This document shows, one piece after another, positions 56,173 through 64,000 of a stretch of DNA of 64,000 nucleotides; position 1 is the first letter of the stretch; each line of letters opens with the position of its first letter. The notes beneath the pieces were generated by a model, which had not been told where the DNA came from, made no database searches, and saw only the letters and a program-made list of their open reading frames with translations. The position numbers and the translations under genes were made by a program. Source of the stretch: a virus; the IMG/VR virus record IMGVR_UViG_3300032323_001119, positions 1-64,000 of that record; one strand, given 5' to 3'.

Positions 56173-56350
56173 TTATTAAGTATACTTCTAGTTGACTAAA
56201 ATGTCAATTAACGCTTTACTTTTATGCCAAATTTTTCTATATATCTTTGTATTGTCATGGCAGATACACCGCACTCTTTTGATATGTCAACAATATTTTT
56301 TTTCTGAATTATATATCTATTGTAAAGCCAAGCCTTATCCTGATACAATT

Positions 56351-56917
56351 TCATCTTTTAGTAAGCTCCTTATTGGCATAATGTGCGATCCCAAATGAAT
56401 CAGCTACATCAAAATCTTCTATAGATAAATTATACTTTGAATTAAAATAGTTTGCAGTTCTTTGCTTCCTCATATTTCTTATCTGGTTCTTGTACCATGA
56501 GTCTGCATACCCTGGATTAGCTAATCTTATTCCCGCTTTTTCTTCTTTTGTAGGATTTTTATTTCCTATATATGCCTGCCATGAAGTTGGAGATATTGTT
56601 ATAACCTTTGCACCAGTTGACATAAGCTCTGCAATTACAACTCCATATACATAAGAAAGCTTTATGACGGCATCTGCTGATCTTACTAAAACTGCACCTT
56701 CAACTGCAATATAGTCCGCTTGTAATTCATCTAGCATAACGCTCATCTTTATTTTTGCATCATATATTTTTTCGTATATGTCGTTACCAGATAAATTTAT
56801 TTTGCCCCATTTTAAAGGAATGTCATTTTCCATCAAACAAAACGCAATAGAGCTTGTAGATGCGTCTATGCCAAGAACTCTGGATGCTTTAGTTTTTACC
56901 AGACTAGCCAATGTCAT
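56351..56917 (-). CDS. RuvC-like Holliday junction resolvase
   Basis: LGIDAS, IAVEG, DVADSFGIA. Confidence 0.8.
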   Translation of the reverse strand: MTLASLVKTKASRVLGIDASTSSIAFCLMENDIPLKWGKINLSGNDIYEKIYDAKIKMSVMLDELQADYIAVEGAVLVRSADAVIKLSYVYGVVIAELMSTGAKVITISPTSWQAYIGNKNPTKEEKAGIRLANPGYADSWYKNQIRNMRKQRTANYFNSKYNLSIEDFDVADSFGIAHYANKELTKR

Positions 56918-57182
56918 CGACTATTCCCATCAATGTATTTTTATTTTTGTTGTGCTTAGACTTTATGCATTTAGCGCAGTACAATTCTGAATTATATCTG
57001 CTTAAAAATCCTGGGCAGCCTTTGCATTTTCTGGGAGCTCCATTTTTGATTGCTTTTTTTTCATAATATTTTTCCATTATTCTTTTATTTGTTGCAACCC
57101 TGCAGCACTCGTCAGAACAATATTTTTGATTATGAGTCTTTGACTCAAAGTTTTTAGCGCACTCAGAATTTAAACAAATCAT
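56904..57182 (-). CDS. Zn-finger protein
   Basis: CxxxxC...YCSDEC...CKGC...CAKC. Confidence 0.65.
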   Translation of the reverse strand: MICLNSECAKNFESKTHNQKYCSDECCRVATNKRIMEKYYEKKAIKNGAPRKCKGCPGFLSRYNSELYCAKCIKSKHNKNKNTLMGIVDDIG

Positions 57183-57970
57183 TACTTCACAACCTTCATT
57201 AAATCAATTTCTATTGTGCCAGGATTAGAGCCTTTTGCCCAGCATTCTTTTTTGACTGGACAATATGTGCAAGGTAGCTTATATTTGGTAGCGCCTTCTG
57301 GTCGTTTTGGAAGATCTCCCTCTATAAAGTTGTCCCACACATCCCTCATCCACTGAAATGCGTCTTCAATTATCTTTTTATTTTTATCATTCATAGAAAT
57401 TGGAATGATCAATATCTCTTGAGTATTTTTATTTTCATACAAGAAGAAGCCTTCTTTAGCATTCTTTAGCTTCATGTATGTGAGCAACTGAAGCATATGG
57501 TTAGGAGAAGACTTCATCTCTGCCTGCCTAGTATCCCATACCTCTTGCTTGGCTGTTTTAATTTCACCAATGACTGTCTCACCATCATACTCCATGATCA
57601 AGTCTATAAAGCCACGGATTGGAGGGTATTCGTTTATAATTTCTTCTTCTTCTGCCCGCCACTCTGGCATAGTCTTAATTAGGTTCTGTAGCCTCTCATG
57701 AGCTTGTGTTCCCTGAGCCATATTGGCTACAGCAACAGCATCGTTGTCATCAATAAACACTGCACCAGTAAATGCCATATACCAATATCTTGGACAGGTT
57801 CCGTGACCATAACCTAGAGAGCTTGGACTAAAAGATTTTTTAGTGGTGTCTCCATCTGGACGTTTTGTATTTCTATAAGACTCATCAAGCAGTTGTGCAA
57901 ATCTTTCTGGGTCAAAGAAGTTGCCAGTATGTTTTTTAAACTTAAGGTTCTTTACAATATCTCTAGCCAC
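57182..57970 (-). CDS. Cas4-like PD-(D/E)xK exonuclease
   Basis: CPRYW, GTQAHE, GFID, EIKT, QLLTY, CTYCPVKKEC. Confidence 0.82.
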   Translation of the reverse strand: MARDIVKNLKFKKHTGNFFDPERFAQLLDESYRNTKRPDGDTTKKSFSPSSLGYGHGTCPRYWYMAFTGAVFIDDNDAVAVANMAQGTQAHERLQNLIKTMPEWRAEEEEIINEYPPIRGFIDLIMEYDGETVIGEIKTAKQEVWDTRQAEMKSSPNHMLQLLTYMKLKNAKEGFFLYENKNTQEILIIPISMNDKNKKIIEDAFQWMRDVWDNFIEGDLPKRPEGATKYKLPCTYCPVKKECWAKGSNPGTIEIDLMKVVK

Positions 57971-58309
57971 TTATGAATTATACCTAACGACATATTTAAG
58001 TGCATCTACGAGTTTGTCTATGGACTCCTTAACTGAGTAATAAATATTCTTCTTGTTATTATTAACTGTACCAGCCTTGTCTTTAGCAATTGTTGAATAT
58101 ACTGACGCAAGCACAGCAAATTTTGTAGACATGGCCTGAAGCTCCATAATTAAATGTGGAGCTTTTGCAGACGGAACATCAGGATTCATTAGAATCTTTA
58201 CAACAATAGCAAGAGCTTTATCAAGATGCTCGTCATGCATGAATTCATGCAGATCATTAAACTCTGTGATATCACTAATTAGCTCTAAAGTGTTTTTATC
58301 TTCTGGCAT
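57971..58309 (-). CDS. Hypothetical protein
   Basis: Helical ORF in replication operon. Confidence 0.6.
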   Translation of the reverse strand: MPEDKNTLELISDITEFNDLHEFMHDEHLDKALAIVVKILMNPDVPSAKAPHLIMELQAMSTKFAVLASVYSTIAKDKAGTVNNNKKNIYYSVKESIDKLVDALKYVVRYNS

Positions 58310-58417
58310 CTTTAATCCTTCTATCTATCTTGTCTATAAACAGCCCTAGGCCATATCCTAGTGATACACCAATTAAAAATCCTAGAAAAAATGGGTAAAC
58401 GCTAGACATCATAAATG

Positions 58418-59353
58418 CTACCCCTTCCAAGTTTCAACACTTTTAGGGAAAAAGGGTATTCCGTTGCCATGCATTCTTTCATGAACTGAAACCCCTGGAA
58501 GATAAACATCTTTTTGGTATAGCCCTAGCAGGTCTTCAGTTTCTCTAATTATTTCTTGCATTGCTTCCCATTGCTCTTTACCAAACTTTGCTTGACCCTC
58601 TTTGTATCTATCTGATCCAGAGTGGTACCATAACAAAAAGTTTCTAATAAGGTATTTATCTTTATTTTTTAATGGAAAAGCTGCATGAAAGAATGGTTTT
58701 GCAGACGGGAATATAATCATATCCCCCTTTTCTGGTTTATAGTTTACTATGGTGCTATCAAATTCGTTTAGGAAAGATATTTCTCCACCTTCATAATCAT
58801 CATTTAAATAAATTGTTCCAGTAATAATAGCCTTTGGTCCAGCTGCATCTTTTGAATTAAATGCATCTAGATGATATCCAATAGCAAGCTCAAGGCCTTC
58901 TATTTGGTGATCATGCCTTAAAAATTCAACTGATCCTTTTAACCAGCCCTCTTCTCCTTCGCTTCCACTAAACTTATCAAAATTTTCCCAGTCGCTTGCA
59001 AATTCTCCAAAGACATACTTCCAGTCGTCATGATATGTTGCATTTGGATTTATATACTTTTTAATTATATCGTCGTGAACCCATTCTGATATATAATCTT
59101 TGTAGCCAGAAATTAATGTGTCATTAACTGTGTTATACACCTCTAGATGCTTTTTTTCTTCTTCAGTTAAGTTATGATTCCCACTAAAATTCATTCTAGT
59201 TCTTGTGCCTAGCTCATACCATGGCTCCCACTCTAAAAATATATTAGATGTATTGAAGCTTTTAACTGATTCTAAAAGCCCATCTACATCTTCAAAAACG
59301 TTTTTATATAGATTAACAAAAGGTATGATTGTTTTTTTATTAGATAAGTTCAT
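58418..59353 (-). CDS. 2OG-Fe(II) oxygenase
   Basis: HLD...YLNDDYEGGE...FHAA...KY. Confidence 0.82.
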   Translation of the reverse strand: MNLSNKKTIIPFVNLYKNVFEDVDGLLESVKSFNTSNIFLEWEPWYELGTRTRMNFSGNHNLTEEEKKHLEVYNTVNDTLISGYKDYISEWVHDDIIKKYINPNATYHDDWKYVFGEFASDWENFDKFSGSEGEEGWLKGSVEFLRHDHQIEGLELAIGYHLDAFNSKDAAGPKAIITGTIYLNDDYEGGEISFLNEFDSTIVNYKPEKGDMIIFPSAKPFFHAAFPLKNKDKYLIRNFLLWYHSGSDRYKEGQAKFGKEQWEAMQEIIRETEDLLGLYQKDVYLPGVSVHERMHGNGIPFFPKSVETWKG

Positions 59354-59651
59354 TGTTTTTCTCCCAAAATTGTATTAGTTCTTCTAGTACTGCCCACTCT
59401 ATTATACCAAGTCTTACCTTGGATTCGCTTCCTATTATTATTTTTAAAGCTGGGTGCATGTCCCTATTAACTTTAAATGTATCTGTACAAATCTTTGCCC
59501 AAACTTCTTTATTTAAAGTAAATGATTTGTTGGCCTCCTTGTAGTCTACAAGGAACTGATTCCACTGGGCATCACCTTTTTGATAATCTCCCCTTCCAGA
59601 ATTTTTTTGGGCTTTTGCCCCATCTCTTTTTACTTCAGACCTTTCAGACAT
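59340..59651 (-). CDS. PD-(D/E)xK resolvase-like nuclease
   Basis: NSGRG..KGDA...VDYKE. Confidence 0.65.
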   Translation of the reverse strand: MSERSEVKRDGAKAQKNSGRGDYQKGDAQWNQFLVDYKEANKSFTLNKEVWAKICTDTFKVNRDMHPALKIIIGSESKVRLGIIEWAVLEELIQFWEKNNELI

Positions 59652-59658
59652 ATAAATA

Positions 59659-60465
59659 CTATTCCACTATGCTTTCTACAGGTGTTACTTTTATAAGCTG
59701 CAGATCATTTCTTACATACTCTTCTTCCTTTTGCTTTATTTTATTCCAGTCTAGCATTTCTCCTGGAATATTTTTTATGCTATATTCAAAAAATGATCTT
59801 AAGAAATACCTGCTATGATTTCTGTAAGATTTAACTGCATGGTAAAATGGATATGTCGAAGGCATAATTACCGCATCGCCAGGTCTTGGCTTATACTGAT
59901 AGCTTTTATTTGACAATGAATCATACATACAAATTTCTCCTCCGTCGTACTCATCATTAAGATAAAAATTAATTGTTGCAACTTCCCTTGACTCTTTAAA
60001 CTGACCTGGAATAATAAACTCGTCTACATGATATGGCATCATTATTTGATCTTTATCGAGCTCTGAGCTTGTGTGAAGTGTGTATTTAAAATAATCAATA
60101 TACTTTGTTCCAGGGTATTGATCAAAAGCAGACCAGTCGTTTATATACTCTGGCCATATACCATTGCTTGCTTTAAAATCATTAAAGTAGTCTTTGTATA
60201 TAAACTCTAGGCATCTTGATATTTCATCCATAAAAAATTTTTCTTTTTTTAGTGGTTCTGGACTTAAATCATTAACCTCTGAGTAGTAGCTATATGGAAC
60301 ATCTTTTCTAATTCCTTGCCCATACCATTCTCTCCATTTTGAAAACTTAGAATTCTCTGTGTCTTCTTCAAGAAGCTCTATTAAGCTATCGCTGTACTTA
60401 AAAATGTTTTTGTATATAACAATTTGAGGTGCTACTATAACTTTTTTTATTTCAGAGTAATTCAT
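59659..60465 (-). CDS. 2OG-Fe(II) oxygenase
   Basis: HVD...YLNDEYDGGE...YHAVK...RY. Confidence 0.85.
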   Translation of the reverse strand: MNYSEIKKVIVAPQIVIYKNIFKYSDSLIELLEEDTENSKFSKWREWYGQGIRKDVPYSYYSEVNDLSPEPLKKEKFFMDEISRCLEFIYKDYFNDFKASNGIWPEYINDWSAFDQYPGTKYIDYFKYTLHTSSELDKDQIMMPYHVDEFIIPGQFKESREVATINFYLNDEYDGGEICMYDSLSNKSYQYKPRPGDAVIMPSTYPFYHAVKSYRNHSRYFLRSFFEYSIKNIPGEMLDWNKIKQKEEEYVRNDLQLIKVTPVESIVE

Positions 60466-60466
60466 T

Positions 60467-60664
60467 TTATCCAATCTTGTGCACTGTTTCATGTCCATCA
60501 GAGCATGTCCATGACATTATTAAATTTTCAGGATCCCACAACCCACCATCCACATCAATATTACATTTAGAACAAGGCCGCAAGCCAGGTAAGACCTCAA
60601 ATGTGGAATTAAGATCTTTTTTTTCTTGAGTTTTTTTATTTAAAAACTCATTCAAATTTGGCAT
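60467..60664 (-). CDS. Zn-ribbon hypothetical protein
   Basis: CSKC...WTCSDGH. Confidence 0.6.
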   Translation of the reverse strand: MPNLNEFLNKKTQEKKDLNSTFEVLPGLRPCSKCNIDVDGGLWDPENLIMSWTCSDGHETVHKIG

Positions 60665-61652
60665 TTATTTCTTTTTCTAGTGCATGTAATACATCTGGAT
60701 TCTCTTTAATGTATTGGACTGCCTTAGCCCTTCCTTGTAAGCGCTCACCATTTACTGTATACCAGGCTCCACCTTTTTCTATAACGCCACACATTTCTGC
60801 AACATCTAACGTTTCTCCAACTCTATCTACACCAAGAGCTTCCCCTTGGTAGTAAAAGTCATATTGTCCTGATAGATTTGGGGGGCCGAGTTTGTTGTAA
60901 TCAATAATCCAGTTAACTGGCCTTCCGACCCTTTGCTCAATAATCTTGTCGCCAACTTTAATGCCAGCCTTGATAGCATTAGCCTCAGCTTCAGACGACC
61001 AAAGCTTAATGACGGTGGAAGAAAAGAACTTGACTGCCATGCCACCTGTTGGGATGTGACTAGCATGCATAGATCCAAACTGATTTCGTTGTTGAGATAT
61101 GAGAACAAGTAGTGTGTTTTTGTTTGCATAGTTTAACATTTTGACTGCGTGGGTCATATCCTTTGCTTCTGCGCCTATCTGCTTGGTATCCTGCAAATCT
61201 TTCATTTCATTCCCATCTTTTTCAAAATAGATGGCTGGGAGTAAGGCTGATATTGAGTCAACAACAATCATGTCGACTCCTGCATCCATAAGTTTTGTAG
61301 CAACATCAACCATATCGTTTACTGTTTTAGCTGGAGAATAAATAAGGGAAGACGAATCTACTCCAAGAAGCTCTGCCCATGACTGATCGTATGAAGCTTC
61401 TGCATCAATCCATGCACATGTCTTGCCTTCTTTTTGGGCCAAAGCAATCATCTGTAAGCAAAACGAGGACTTTCCAGCTGATTTATTTCCCCACACTAAT
61501 ACCTGTCGACCATATCCTAGACCGCCTTTAAGAGCCATATTCAGTCCTATACTAGGTGTTAGTTGTTTTTCAACTTTTACATCTTGTGCAGACTGCACCC
61601 TAGATCTTGTTTTTGGGTCTAGCTTAGATAATATATTGTCTATAGCTATCAT
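60648..61652 (-). CDS. recA: RecA-like recombinase
   Basis: GNKSAGKS, IDAE, VVDS, TGGMAVKF, KGGAWY. Confidence 0.92.
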   Translation of the reverse strand: MIAIDNILSKLDPKTRSRVQSAQDVKVEKQLTPSIGLNMALKGGLGYGRQVLVWGNKSAGKSSFCLQMIALAQKEGKTCAWIDAEASYDQSWAELLGVDSSSLIYSPAKTVNDMVDVATKLMDAGVDMIVVDSISALLPAIYFEKDGNEMKDLQDTKQIGAEAKDMTHAVKMLNYANKNTLLVLISQQRNQFGSMHASHIPTGGMAVKFFSSTVIKLWSSEAEANAIKAGIKVGDKIIEQRVGRPVNWIIDYNKLGPPNLSGQYDFYYQGEALGVDRVGETLDVAEMCGVIEKGGAWYTVNGERLQGRAKAVQYIKENPDVLHALEKEINAKFE

Positions 61653-62029
61653 TAGTTTTTGTAAAGAGGGCTAGTGTGATCAACAAATCCTACTTCGGTT
61701 TTGTTTCTTGTGCATGTATATCCAACTAAATCTACTGGGTCATCATTATCCATGCTGTATCTAAGCTCAAAGCCAAATTCATCTGTATTTGGGTTGTAGG
61801 TTATTGCCATTGATGAGCCGTGATTGTAAATAAAATCGTTTGGCCAAAGCTGCTCGACCTCTGCCAATTCCATTAAATTTTTTCTTGGAACAGTAAGCTT
61901 TCCATAATGAGCTAAGATAGCAACTAGTGTGTTCGTTCCTTTTAGATTTGATGCAATTTTTCCGTTTAGGTCCCAATCCTCTTGAGACACATTATATCCG
62001 TTTTCATAAACAACGTCATGATCTTTCAT
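61652..62029 (-). CDS. Hypothetical protein
   Basis: Own upstream -10; weakly similar in layout to 62094..62291. Confidence 0.55.
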   Translation of the reverse strand: MKDHDVVYENGYNVSQEDWDLNGKIASNLKGTNTLVAILAHYGKLTVPRKNLMELAEVEQLWPNDFIYNHGSSMAITYNPNTDEFGFELRYSMDNDDPVDLVGYTCTRNKTEVGFVDHTSPLYKN

Positions 62030-62093
62030 AATTTCTTCCTTCTTCTCTGTATTAGTATACCATTTTAAAATAGACTTGGGAATAGAATTTTCA

Positions 62094-62291
62094 TTAATCT
62101 TTTAATTTTAATTTAAAAGTAAATGTTCCATTTTCTTGATTATAATCAACTTGAAGCTCTTTATCCTCATTTGTAGCGTTTAAAAAATCTGTAACTGGTA
62201 AAGATATTTCACCAATGCTTTGAATTGTTGCAACTAAAATCTTGGCAACATTAAGCTGTGCGTACACCTCTTCAATATTTAAATCACTCAT
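62094..62291 (-). CDS. Hypothetical protein
   Basis: ATGA overlap with dnaE. Confidence 0.6.
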   Translation of the reverse strand: MSDLNIEEVYAQLNVAKILVATIQSIGEISLPVTDFLNATNEDKELQVDYNQENGTFTFKLKLKD

Positions 62292-64000
62292 TTTATTTCC
62301 TTTATATTTAAAGTTCCATCATCTAGTTTAGATAGAACAACCTTGCATTTCATTCCTTCACGCATCTTAGCAAGAGTCATTTTATACATTGTAGGGAATG
62401 CAATTGCTCTAGTCAATTCTTTATTTCTATTTGAAAGGACTATGTGGCTCATTGTCTTTCCTGCTTTTGTTGTGTATGGCGTAAAGTTAACAACAATATA
62501 TTCATCTTCTTCTAAATCATATTCTTTTCTATATAAATAATCTACAAACATATCTTTTGATGATGGATCAATATCTGACACCTTAATATATCTAGCAATT
62601 CTATTGTCTCCAACTAGAATAAAATACATCTGACCAACTTCAATTTGTGTTTGTTCATTATGGAAAAGTCCAATTGATCCAGTTTCATCTACAATCTCTA
62701 CTCTTGCCCATCCAGAACCACGCTTAATTCCCTTGACCATTCCGAACATAACAAAAGAGCCGAGATCGTCAAATTCTTCAATGGGTCTAGCTTGTGCTTT
62801 AACTCTAGGGGGTATTCCCTCTAAGTTAAATGTTGGGATACCTAAATATTCATAGTAGTTATCCTTTTCATTGCCCTGTCTTGGGTTATCCTTAAATGCT
62901 GCTGCACCAATTGCATTTAGGGAGCTTACTGCCCTGCTGTTAATGCCGCTTCCTTTAGACGAAGCAACTGAAACAAACTGGTTGTAGTTGTCGTAAGGTC
63001 TATTATCAATAATTTTATTTGCAATGTTATCAGAAATAAATTTAATTTCAGATAAACCAAATCTAATAGCATCTTTTTGCAATGAAAAATAAAGATCAGA
63101 TTCATTAACATGTGGAAGAAGAACTTTTAGTCCTAGTCTTTTAGACTCAATAAGGTACTCTGTTCTCGCATCTTTATCATTTTCATTCTTAAGGATTGAA
63201 AACATGAACTCAAGTGGGTAGTAAAACTTAAGCCAAGCAGTATAATAGCTAAGCATAGAGTAAGCAACAGCATGGGAACGGTTAAAAGAATAGCCAGCAT
63301 GCGCTTCAAAATCGTGCCATAGCGCCTCTGCTTTTTTCTTAGTAATGTGCTCTGAAGCCCCAGTAACAAACCTATCTTTGAACTGGTCAAACTCTTTTGC
63401 ATCTTTTTTCTTTCCAATAATCTTGCGGACCTTATCAGCCTCTGCCCAAGTCATACCACCCAAGTGTACGCATGCCTGCATAACTTGCTCTTGATATATA
63501 ATAACACCATATGTGTTCTCGGTAAATGGCTTCATAATTGTATGCATGTAGTCTACTGCTTCATCCCCATGCTTACGCTTGATGTAGGCAGCTCCAACAG
63601 TATTCATGGCTCCTGGTCTTACCAAAGCGTTTGAAGCAACTAAATCTTCAAACTTGTCTGTACCCATTTTAATTAAAAGATTTGTGTAGGGTGTAGCTTC
63701 TGCCTGAAACACGCCCTTAGTGTAACCTTCGCTAAGCATTTTATAAACTTCTGGATCATCTAATGATATATCTGACAGTACTATGTCCTTGCCAGTTCTG
63801 GACTTAATAGACTTAATTGTGTCTGATATAACAGAAAGAGTTTTTAGTCCCAAAGCATCGAGTTTAATAAGACCAATATCTGCAACAGTGTCCATGTCAT
63901 ATGCAACTACTGGTATTCTGCCAGATACTTTATCCTGTGCATCTTCTCTGGATTCAACTGGAGCAAACTTTCTAAGGTCATCCTTTGCAACTACAACTCC
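62288..64000 (-). CDS. dnaE: DNA polymerase III alpha subunit, C-terminal part (begins beyond right edge)
   Basis: KLDALGL, GVFQ, RPG, YQEQVMQ, YSFNRSHAVAY; frame open to 64000. Confidence 0.93.
   Translation of the reverse strand, partial: GVVVAKDDLRKFAPVESREDAQDKVSGRIPVVAYDMDTVADIGLIKLDALGLKTLSVISDTIKSIKSRTGKDIVLSDISLDDPEVYKMLSEGYTKGVFQAEATPYTNLLIKMGTDKFEDLVASNALVRPGAMNTVGAAYIKRKHGDEAVDYMHTIMKPFTENTYGVIIYQEQVMQACVHLGGMTWAEADKVRKIIGKKKDAKEFDQFKDRFVTGASEHITKKKAEALWHDFEAHAGYSFNRSHAVAYSMLSYYTAWLKFYYPLEFMFSILKNENDKDARTEYLIESKRLGLKVLLPHVNESDLYFSLQKDAIRFGLSEIKFISDNIANKIIDNRPYDNYNQFVSVASSKGSGINSRAVSSLNAIGAAAFKDNPRQGNEKDNYYEYLGIPTFNLEGIPPRVKAQARPIEEFDDLGSFVMFGMVKGIKRGSGWARVEIVDETGSIGLFHNEQTQIEVGQMYFILVGDNRIARYIKVSDIDPSSKDMFVDYLYRKEYDLEEDEYIVVNFTPYTTKAGKTMSHIVLSNRNKELTRAIAFPTMYKMTLAKMREGMKCKVVLSKLDDGTLNIKEIK

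Noticed and set aside
53838-64000. Inteins or introns in terL, recA, dnaE (and nrdJ)
   Set aside because: Lengths are normal, with no C/S...HN splice motifs or frame breaks in the visible parts
1-64000. Prophage or host chromosome origin of the window
   Set aside because: No integrase, rRNA or housekeeping operons; host-like genes are interleaved with phage genes and share their promoter style

Overview
The window is part of a large, AT-rich, apparently lytic tailed phage genome. The host is probably an actinobacterium (inference from WhiB, an Lsr2-type protein, GAAAGG-type Shine-Dalgarno sites and leaderless genes); the low GC suggests freshwater acI/Nanopelagicales, and the gene set recalls Streptomyces BE/BK-like phages. 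From left to right: (1) 1-8.5 kb, minus strand: tail-fibre/virion genes and a holin-like gene. (2) 8.6-16.5 kb: class II RNR, a possible R-loop origin, a lytic transglycosylase, 2OG-Fe(II) oxygenases, SGNH and TylF enzymes, a perfect parS site and tRNA-Ile(UAU). (3) 16.7-29.2 kb, plus strand: an early/host-takeover-type region of small genes organised in repeated cassettes. (4) 29.3-64 kb, minus strand: accessory genes (KatG, Gpx, Trx, Hsp20, LLM, GuaB/GuaC, proteases, surface proteins), tRNAs, CHAP endolysin, terminase, RuvC-like, Cas4-like, RecA and DnaE. The most striking signal is non-coding. The early region has 14 copies of a non-canonical promoter (TGTCAG-N10-TANNAT), preceded by roughly helically phased CRP-type palindromes, DnaA boxes and GACAC motifs. 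Its mRNAs share an (A/C)CAACGAAAG leader, and two stem-loops late in the region display the antisense of that leader in their loops, suggesting a multi-target antisense shut-off circuit. A small H-type pseudoknot with covarying stems also recurs at four gene junctions. All calls are by eye; no searches were run.
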